This document shows, one piece after another, positions 55,756-64,000 of a stretch of DNA of 64,000 bases (positions are counted from its first letter, which is position 1; each line of letters opens with the position of its first letter). This stretch comes from Eledone cirrhosa (Eukaryota). The DNA lies in contig OZ024759.1 of NCBI GenBank assembly GCA_964016885.1, positions 9,362,001 through 9,426,000 of the forward strand, in the 5' to 3' direction. The notes under the pieces were generated by a model. The model saw only the letters and a program-made list of their open reading frames with translations. It made no database searches and was not told where the DNA came from. A program made the position numbers and the translations under genes.

Positions 55756-55758
<3 letters not shown>

Positions 55759-56120
55759 TCATCATCATCATCATCATTTTACGTCCGCTTTTCCCTGCTT
55801 GCAAGGGTGGGATGGGAACTGATTCTGGCTTGATTTCTACAGCTGGATGCCCTTCCTAACACCAACCTCATTTACAGTGAGTGCTGGGTGCTTTTTTCCC
55901 GTGGCACCTCCACGACCACTTTGCAGTGGAATGATAAGGACCCTAGTCCCTATCATCTCATTTCTACAGCTGAGTAAACTGGAGCAATGTGAAAATAAAG
56001 TGTCTTGCTCAAGGAAACAACACACCACCCGGTCTGAGAACCGAACCCACAACCTTTCGATTGCAAGGTTGTGAGTTCAATTCTCAGACCGGGCGATGTG
56101 TTGCTTCCATGAGCAAGACA
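55756..56120 (-). mobile_element. SINE family B with an adjacent inverted SINE B 5' fragment
   Basis: Minus copy 55756-56066 followed by + strand aaggttgtgagttcaattctcagaccggg..gagcaagac. Confidence 0.85.
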
Positions 56121-56271
56121 TATATATTTATATATATATATAGTTCAAGAAATGGTAAGACAAACACAGAGATGCAAAAACACACACATATACATATATA
56201 TATTATCATTGTGAACACCGTCGAACATTCCTGAAAAAGTTTCTCCACAATTCTCCACAATATATATATAT

Positions 56272-56731
56272 AACGGAGGAAATGTGGTAAGGAACCAGGT
56301 GGACCATAACGCACCAAAGTACTCAATACTTAGGGTAGTAGGGTGGGTAATAGGAACGAGTAGGACCCCGACGGCTGAGCTCAAGCCGTTTCGACGGCTA
56401 ATTCTGGACTAAATGTATCTTCTAGTATCTTCTTTGACCTCATGCCCAGCTGTAGTCGGCACTATCAACGCATGAATGGGTCTCCTCCACCCCCTCTCCC
56501 TCTTTTTCCTACTGGCAGGTTTAGCTACCCCTTCCTTCCACAAATGGCCATCATAGAATTATTATGTCTCAACAACAAACTTTTGACCAATCCTTGTGAC
56601 ATTCACTTTGACCATATATGGAATTACCCCTTGAGAAGCTCGGCTATTCAAACACCAGGATAAAAATGTTCATTTAGTCCAGAATTAGCCATCGAAACGG
56701 CTTGAGCTCAGCCGTCGGGGTCCTACTCGTT

Positions 56732-56735
<4 letters not shown>
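56272..56735. mobile_element. Family B element with a long inverted arm containing a complete hammerhead
   Basis: Minus-strand 3' end 56272-56415 joined to a + arm 56416-56735; flanked by TA repeats. Confidence 0.85.
56626..56721 (+). ncRNA. Type I hammerhead motif with U3-A8 core variant
   Basis: ACCCC UUGAGAA G CUCGGCUAUUC..GAAUUAGCCAUC GAAAC GGCU UGAGCUC AGCC GUC GGGGU. Confidence 0.75.
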
Positions 56736-56804
<69 letters not shown>

Positions 56805-56807
<3 letters not shown>

Positions 56808-56997
56808 GAGGTTATATTTAATTTGTTGGGATTCAACAAGCTTAAAAATTTCCGGGTATGTCAATATTTATTTATAAAACAAATCTGTATTTTATCTGAT
56901 GAAAGCGCACCATAATTTGCCTTGGTTGCACTTGAAATATATATAATAAAATAATTATGGTTTTATAAATATAGTTTCCATTTATTAATATATTGTA
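56805..56997. mobile_element. Family D element: short inverted 3' tail plus one arm with hammerhead (+ 56890-56951)
   Basis: 56810-56845 is the reverse complement of the family D tail end; the arm has an intact CUGAUGA..GAAA UAUAUA UA AUAAAA. Confidence 0.85.
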
Positions 56998-57017
56998 TAT
57001 ATATATATATATATATA

Positions 57018-57235
57018 TTGGTAAACGGAAAAGAAAATGGTGACAAATTGTTCACAGTGAAAAATAGTTTAATTAGGAATAATTGATGATATTGCTTCTC
57101 CTTTCTTTATTTCTTTATTTCTTTATTTCTTATTCCTAATTAAACTATTTTTCACTGTGAACAATTTGTCAGCATTTTCTTTTCCGTTTACCAATATATC
57201 ATAACTCGTGTGTTACACCTCTATTCTTTTAAATA
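57018..57235. mobile_element. Fold-back element family G
   Basis: 65-bp inverted arms 57018-57082 / 57130-57194 plus tail; between (TA)n tracts. Confidence 0.85.
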
Positions 57236-57540
57236 TATATATATATATATATATCCATTATCTTATCTACTCTTGTCTGTTCTCTTATCCATGTGTCTAC
57301 TCTTGTCTGTACTCTTATCCATGTGTATGCTTGTATGTAACTATATGTTGACGGCACCCTGCCCAACTGTGACTGATAGCACCCATTATTTTTATTTTTA
57401 TTTTTATTTTTACTTTTATTTTTATTTTTATTTTTATTTTTATTTTTATTTTTATTCTTATCCTCTATCGTCTATTATTACCTTTCATTCTTCAATGTCT
57501 TGGATTTGTTATTGCTTGTATGGTATGTAATTAACCTTTA

Positions 57541-57586
57541 TGCTCTGATGAGTCCCACTTATAGTGCGGATGAAACAATGTTAGCA
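57541..57586 (+). ncRNA. Minimal type I hammerhead motif
   Basis: UGCU CUGAUGA GUCC CAC UUAUA GUG C GGAU GAAAC AAU GUU AGCA. Confidence 0.75.
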
Positions 57587-57650
57587 AGTAAAGATATGCA
57601 TATGCTATAAGCGTTCTTTGTTATTTATTTATTATATATATATATATATA

Positions 57651-57918
57651 TTAGTAAAAAGGAAAATAAAATGGTGACAAATTTTTCCCAGTGAAAAATA
57701 GTTTAATTAGGAATAAGTATAAATTAGTAATAAGTATTGGTTAGTATTCAGTTTTTACTGGGTGCGCATTTCTAATGCTTTAACCAATACTTATTACTAA
57801 TTTATACTTATTCCTAATTAAACTATTTTTCACTGGGAAAAATTTGTCAGCATTTTCTTTTTTTTTTTTTTTTACTAATATATCACAACTCGTGTGTCAC
57901 ACCTCTATTTTTTTAAAT
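57651..57918. mobile_element. Fold-back element family G
   Basis: About 93-bp inverted arms; centre has GAAA UGCGCA on the minus strand; same tail as 57018-57235. Confidence 0.85.
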
Positions 57919-58089
57919 ATATATATATAATGATGGCTGCAACTCGATTCGTGTAATGCCATTGCTTGTTACTTTAGCGTGAGCATCACGGATGTGGCTC
58001 TTTAGTCCTGCTAGGGACTTGCCTGTAGCCAGCAATACCATGCATCATAAAAAATGTTACATATCAAACAATGCCTGTGATCGAAGCTT

Positions 58090-58570
58090 CTTTATATAGT
58101 GGTAGAACAATGGTAGGTTTTATCTAAAATCCCGGAGAGCTCAGTTTGCTGGCCACTGTCACCGTGCCAGCAATGAAATCATATCCGCTCTCTTGCTCTG
58201 GAACCCTGACTCCAGCCTGACTAGGAGTAGGAAGCTGTCATTCCCTGACGTTATCTCTAGGGATACGGTGGATTGGCAGTATCGGTAGAGGGTCGGTCGC
58301 CATGCTTTCCAGTATAGTTACGTCCCTTTACGATCTGAGTTCAAATCCCGCCGAGGTTGACTTTGCCTTTCATCCTTACGGGGTCGATAAAATAAAGTAC
58401 CAGTAATGCACTGGGTAATTGCTGGCCTTGTGCCTAAAGTAGAAACAGTTATCTCTAGGGATACGGGAATCAGTAGACAGGACCTGGGGGCAGCGATGGG
58501 GGATGGGATTCTGGGGCATGAGAGTGAGATCCATCATCTCGACAGTAGTCGACGAGTGGTGGTGGTGGAG
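58090..58570 (+). mobile_element. LINE 3' fragment (RTE-like) interrupted by SINE A
   Basis: QFAGHCHRASNEIISALLLW..RKLSFPDVISRDTGISRQDLGAAM. Confidence 0.7.
58267..58450 (+). mobile_element. SINE family A, full length with TSD
   Basis: A and B boxes; gttatctctagggatacgg duplicated at 58250-58268 and 58448-58466. Confidence 0.92.
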
Positions 58571-58639
58571 GTTTTATCTGCAGTAGTAGAACACTCAGCA
58601 GGCCATGGGATGAGTTCGGTAGTTAATTAACCATTGCCG

Positions 58640-59330
58640 GGGACAATTGTGTCACCTTGACGGATCCTCAGCTTGGCAGGAATGTCTTACATCAGGAAAA
58701 GGAAGTCTATAAGACGAACATTCAAAATGTACAGAGGATATTCTGAAGGGGAGTTAACTCATGTTAGATCGATGTTAGGGAGGTGACTGAGAGAGTTCAG
58801 TATAGAAAAGGCCAGGAGTGTTACACCTGGAAGTTAGTCCAGGGCTTTAAAATGATGTAATAGGTGCTTGGCTGCGTGGGGACAGTGTGAATAGGACTCG
58901 GATCTCGTCTTGAGACAGGTACTATTACATAATCTCAAGATATTGATTCTTTCTTTGATGCACAGCCTGCAAGATGAATTCCCATTTCCATATGGCCTAG
59001 ACTTGGTTATAACTTTCCATTGAATGGAGTCATCCGCACCTGCGTCCTTGAGGGACCATATGTGACTTGCAAGCTTTGTGGACGATCATTTATCCAGGTG
59101 TTTAAACGTCGACAGATGGTTAAGGAAGTGTTCTTTAAACCAAACGGCTGCCATACCTACATCTGACCTCTTGTTGTTGATTTGGTCTGTTAGATGTCAC
59201 TACAGCTTCATAAACTAAAGCGGGTGTGTTGCACTCTTGTTGAAGGGGACAAGCTTTTGGTGTTTGGGAAGAGCATCCAGCTGGGGTTGAGCTCTTGGGG
59301 TTGGTGGTGATGTGGGCCTTCATATTTTTG
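58640..59330 (-). mobile_element. Penelope-like (Neptune-type) GIY-YIG remnant with a degenerate hammerhead
   Basis: CPLQQECNTPALVYEAVV..FKEHFLNHLSTF..STKLASHIWSLK..IQWKVI..PYGNGNSSCRLCIKEK..SHCPH; downstream CUGAUGU..GACA CAAUUG UC at 58642-58695. Confidence 0.8.
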
Positions 59331-59339
59331 GCACAGGAG

Positions 59340-59708
59340 TAGTGATGGGGATGGTGGTGGTGGTGGCGGTGGTGAGGACGATGGTGGTGGTGGTGGTGGT
59401 GGTGATGGTGGTGGTGGTGACGGTGGTGGTGGTGATGATGGTGGTGGTGGTGTTGGTGGTGATGGTGATGGTGTTGATGATGATAGTGGTGGTGATGATG
59501 ATGGTGGTGATGGTGATGATGATGATGGTGGTGGTGGTGGTGCTGGGGATGATGATGATGATGATGGTGGTGGTGATGCTGATGCTGATGGGGATGATGA
59601 TGGTGGTGATGGGGATGATGATGGTGGGGATGATGATGATGTTGGTGATGATGGTGATGATGATGATGATGGTGGTGGTGATTGTGATGATGATGGTGAT
59701 GGTGATGA
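59340..59708. repeat. (GGT/GAT)n microsatellite
   Basis: Direct inspection. Confidence 0.95.
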
Positions 59709-60700
59709 TATTGCTTCTCCTTTCTTTATTTCTTTATTTCTTATTTTTCTGCAGGTAAGTGAAAGCAGTTTTGAAAATCCAGTTTGTTGGTAAGACATAT
59801 GACTTGTTCCCCCAGACCTCTCCCCTCTCCCTTCCTCTCTCTCCCCTCTCCCCTTCTCTCCTTCTCTCTCCTTCTCACCCCTCACCCCATTTCACCCCAC
59901 CCCACCCCCATTATATGACTGTTTAAAATGTTTTGTTAGTTAAATGTTTGTGAAAGATTTATTAAAATTTACTTTGAAAAGAAAAACAAATAGAATAAAA
60001 GATGAGAAAAAGGAGAAGAAAAGGAAGAAGGGGCTGAAAATAAAGTAAAACGTACCAAAGATGGTATTGCCAGGCAGGACAGAAGTGTGGATCAGAGGCA
60101 CGTGTGACTGGAATCGAAGACACCAGATCAGGGGAACGTAAGTCCTAGTAGGTGCAAGCAGTCCTGCTGCAAAGAAGGTCCAGAGGGAGGGTTAAAAAGA
60201 GATAACAGCAGATTCAAAGTCAGAACATTATTGGTGATAACTCTCTCCTCCAATGTAAAATATCACAATGATAAAATCAGTCAATAATTAATTTTCACTA
60301 TTTATCCTGGGACTCACGTAATTACAATTAATCCATAATAATATTTGAAATTTTGAAATCATTTTTATTTTTGGCATATAGATTTTTTGGTTGTCTTTCA
60401 ATCATTCCACCTGCTCCACTGTCATATATATTAGTCTGCGAGTTGACATGTGACATCTAAGATGGCGATGTGTTGAAACTAAAGCAATTACACCATCCAA
60501 GAATTATTTTATCCATTCAAAACACAAAGACTGCTAACTTCATTTTACGTTTTTCATCACACTCTCTGCGACCTGGTTACTGACACAATGCACCTCAGTG
60601 TAACTGTGTTAGTCACCAGGTCAAAAACAGTTTGATGAAAATGTTGATACTGAGAGATAAATCAACATTATCATCATCTTTACGTCCATATATCCCGGCT

Positions 60701-63700
60701 GGCATGGGTTAGACCAGTCCTCCCCAGTACAGCATGGGTTAGACCAGTCCACTCCAGTACAGCATGGGTTAGACCAGTCCTCCCCAGTACAGTTAGACCA
60801 GTCCTCTCCAGTACAGTTAGACCAGTCCTCTCCAGTACAGCATGGGTTAGACCAGTCCTCCCCAGTACAGTTAGACCAGTCCTCTCCAGTACAGTTAGAC
60901 CAGTCCTCTCCAGTACAGCATGGGTTAGACCAGTCCTCCCCAGTACAGTTAGACCAGTCCTCTCCAGTACAGCATGGGTTAGACCAGTCCTCCACAGTAC
61001 AGTTAGACCAGTCCTCTCCAGTACAACATGGGTTAGACCAGGCCTCCCCAGTACAGTTAGACCAGTCCTCCCCAGTACAGTTAGACCAGTACAGTTAGAC
61101 CAGTCCTCTCCAGTACAGCATGGGTTAGACCAGGCCTCCCCAGTACAGTTAGACCAGTCCTCTCCAGTACAGCATGGGTTAGACCAGTCCTCCCCAGTAC
61201 AGTTAGACCAGTCCTCTCCAGTACAGCATGGGTTAGACCAGTCCTCCCCAGTACAGTTAGACCAGTCCTCTCCAGTACAGCATGGGTTAGACCAGTCCTC
61301 CCCAGTACAGTTAGACCAGTCCTCTCCAGTACAACATGGGTTAGACCAGTCCTCCCCAGTACAGTTAGACCAGTCCTCTCCAGTACAGCATGGGTTAGAC
61401 CAGTCCTCCCCAGTACAGTTAGACCAGTCCTCTCCAGTACAGCATGGGTTAGACCAGTCCTCCCCAGTACAGTTAGACCAGTCCTCTCCAGTACAACATG
61501 GGTTAGACCAGTCCACTCCAGTACAGCATGGGTTAGACCAGTCCTCCCCAGTACAGTTAGACCAGTCCTCTCCAGTACAGCATGGGTTAGACCAGGCCTC
61601 CCCAGTACAGTTAGACCAGTCCACTCCAGTACAGCATGGGTTAGACCAGTCCTCTCCAGTACAGCATGGGTTAGACCAGTCCTCCCCAGTACAGTTAGAC
61701 CAGTCCTCTCCAGTACAGCATGGGTTAGACCAGTCCTCCCCAGTACAGTTAGACCAGTCCTCTCCAGTACAGCATGGGTTAGACCAGTCCTCCCCAGTAC
61801 AGTTAGACCAGTCCTCTCCAGTACAGCATGGGTTAGACCAGGCCTCCCCAGTACAGTTAGACCAGTCCTCTCCAGTACAGCATGGGTTAGACCAGTCCTC
61901 CCCAGTACAGTTAGACCAGTCCTCTCCAGTACAGCATGGGTTAGACCAGTCCTCCCCAGTACAGTTAGACCAGTACAGCATGGGTTAGACCAGTCCTCCC
62001 CAGTACAGTTAGACCAGTCCTCTCCAGTACAGCATGGGTTAGACCAGGCCTCCCCAGTACAGTTAGACCAGTCCTCCCCAGTACAGCATGGGTTAGACCA
62101 GTCCTCCCCAGTACAGTTAGACCAGTCCTCTCCAGTACAGCATGGGTTAGACCAGTCCTCTCCAGTACAGCATGGGTTAGACCAGTCCTCCCCAGTACAA
62201 TTAGACCAGTCCTCTCCAGTACAGCATGGGTTAGACCAGTCCTCCCCAGTACAATTAGACCAGTCCTCTCCAGTACAGCATGGGTTAGACCAGGCCTCCG
62301 CAGTACAGTTAGACCAGTCCTCTCCAGTACAGCATGGGTTAGACCAGTCCTCTCCAGTACAGTTAGATCAGTCCTCTCCAGTACAGTTAGACCAGTCTTC
62401 CCCAGTACAGTTAGACCAATCCTCTCCAGTACAGCATGGGTTAGACCAGTCCTCCAGTACAGCATGGGTTAGACCAGTCCTCCCCAGTACAGTTAGACCA
62501 GTCCTCCCCAGTACAGCATGGGTTAGACCAGTCCTCCCCAGTACAGTTAGACCAGTCCTCTCCAGTACAGCATGGGTTAGACCAGTCCTCCCCAGTACAA
62601 TTAGACCAGTCCTCTCCAGTACAGCATGGGTTAGACCAGTCCTCCCCAGTACAATTAGACCAGTCCTCTCCAGTACAGCATGGGTTAGACCAGGCCTCCG
62701 CAGTACAGTTAGACCAGTCCTCTCCAGTACAGCATGGGTTAGACCAGTCCTCTCCAGTACAGTTAGATCAGTCCTCTCCAGTACAGTTAGACCAGTCTTC
62801 CCCAGTACAGTTAGACCAATCCTCTCCAGTACAGCATGGGTTAGACCAGGCCTCCAGTACAGCATGGGTTAGACCAGTCCTCCCCAGTACAGTTAGACCA
62901 GTCCTCTCCAGTACAGCATGGGTTAGACCAGTCCTCCCCAGTACAGTTAGACCAGTCCTCTCCAGTACAGCATGGGTTAGACCAGTCCTCCCCAGTACAG
63001 TTAGACCAGTCCTCTCCAGTACAGCATGGGTTAGACCAGTCCTCCCCAGTACAGTTAGACCAGTCCTCTCCAGTACAGCATGGGTTAGACCAGTCCTCTC
63101 CAGTACAGCATGGGTTAGACCAGTCCTCTCCAGTACAGCATGGGTTAGACCAGTCCTCTCCAGTACAGTTAGACCAGTCCTCTCCAGTACAGCATGGGTT
63201 AGACCAGTCCTCCCCAGTACAGTTAGACCAGTCCTCTCCAGTACAGCATGGGTTAGACCAGTCCTCTCCAGTACAGCATGGGTTAGACCAGGCCTCCCCA
63301 GTACAGCATGGGTTAGACCAGTCCTCTCCAGTACAGCATGGGTTAGACCAGTCCTCCCCAGTACAGTTAGACCAGTCCTCTCCAGTACAGCATGGGTTAG
63401 ACCAGTCCTCCCCAGTACAGTTAGACCAGTCCTCTCCAGTACAGCATGGGTTAGACCAGTCCTCCCCAGTACAGTTAGACCAGTCCTCTCCAGTACAGCA
63501 TGGGTTAGACCAGTCCTCTCCAGTACAGCATGGGTTAGACCAGTCCTCTCCAGTACAGCATGGGTTAGACCAGTCCTCTCCAGTACAGTTAGACCAGTCC
63601 TCTCCAGTACAGCATGGGTTAGACCAGTCCTCCCCAGTACAGTTAGACCAGTCCTCTCCAGTACAGCATGGGTTAGACCAGTCCTCTCCAGTACAGCATG

Positions 63701-64000
63701 GGTTAGACCAGTCCTCCCCAGTACAGCATGGGTTAGACCAGTCCTCTCCAGTACAGCATGGGTTAGACCAGTCCTCTCCAGTACAGCATGGGTTAGACCA
63801 GTCCTCTCCAGTACAGCATGGGTTAGACCAGTCCTCCCCAGTACAGTTAGACCAGTCCTCTCCAGTACAGCATGGGTTAGACCAGTCCTCTCCAGTACAG
63901 CATGGGTTAGACCAGTCCTCTCCAGTACAGCATGGGTTAGACCAGTCCTCTCCAGTACAGTTAGACCAGTCCTCTCCAGTACAGCATGGGTTAGACCAGT
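60701..64000. repeat. Satellite of 30-bp and 24-bp monomers (gcatgg-gttagaccagtcctc(c/t)ccagtaca), running off the window end
   Basis: Direct inspection; frequent 54-bp dimers and an about 400-bp duplicated block near 62050-62860. Confidence 0.95.

Noticed and set aside
60621-62865. Cys-rich CTGEDWSNPC repeat ORFs resembling a metallothionein or antifreeze protein
   Set aside because: Monomers are multiples of 3 so frames stay open; frameshifts occur, several frames are open, and the array starts in a retroelement tail

Overview
AT-rich, repeat-dominated eukaryotic DNA. The SINE and RTE repertoire is recognised as octopus/cephalopod-like; this is an inference, not a database match. No intact host gene is evident, and nearly all long ORFs in the track are microsatellite or minisatellite artefacts. 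Recognisable content: two tRNA-derived SINE families; several RTE-clade LINE families, including one near-full-length decayed element and one family with a PHD-like Cys/His finger; a DD37D (maT) Tc1/mariner deletion derivative; a piggyBac-like MITE; Helitrons (one complete non-autonomous copy and one Pif1 helicase remnant); and several minisatellites and satellites. The most striking signal is a dense set (about 25) of short elements from many families, mostly sitting in or beside (TA)n tracts. Many are asymmetric fold-backs (a 3' end plus an inverted arm stopping at a fixed internal site). Many carry type I hammerhead ribozyme motifs (CUGANGA...GAAA, often with a palindromic helix III loop), and one has a compensatory U3-A8 core. 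Two GIY-YIG remnants tie them to Penelope-like retroelements. Several families share a TYGAGTRCT motif, and some junctions suggest a mechanism beyond simple fold-back. Coordinates were read by eye and may be off by a few bases.
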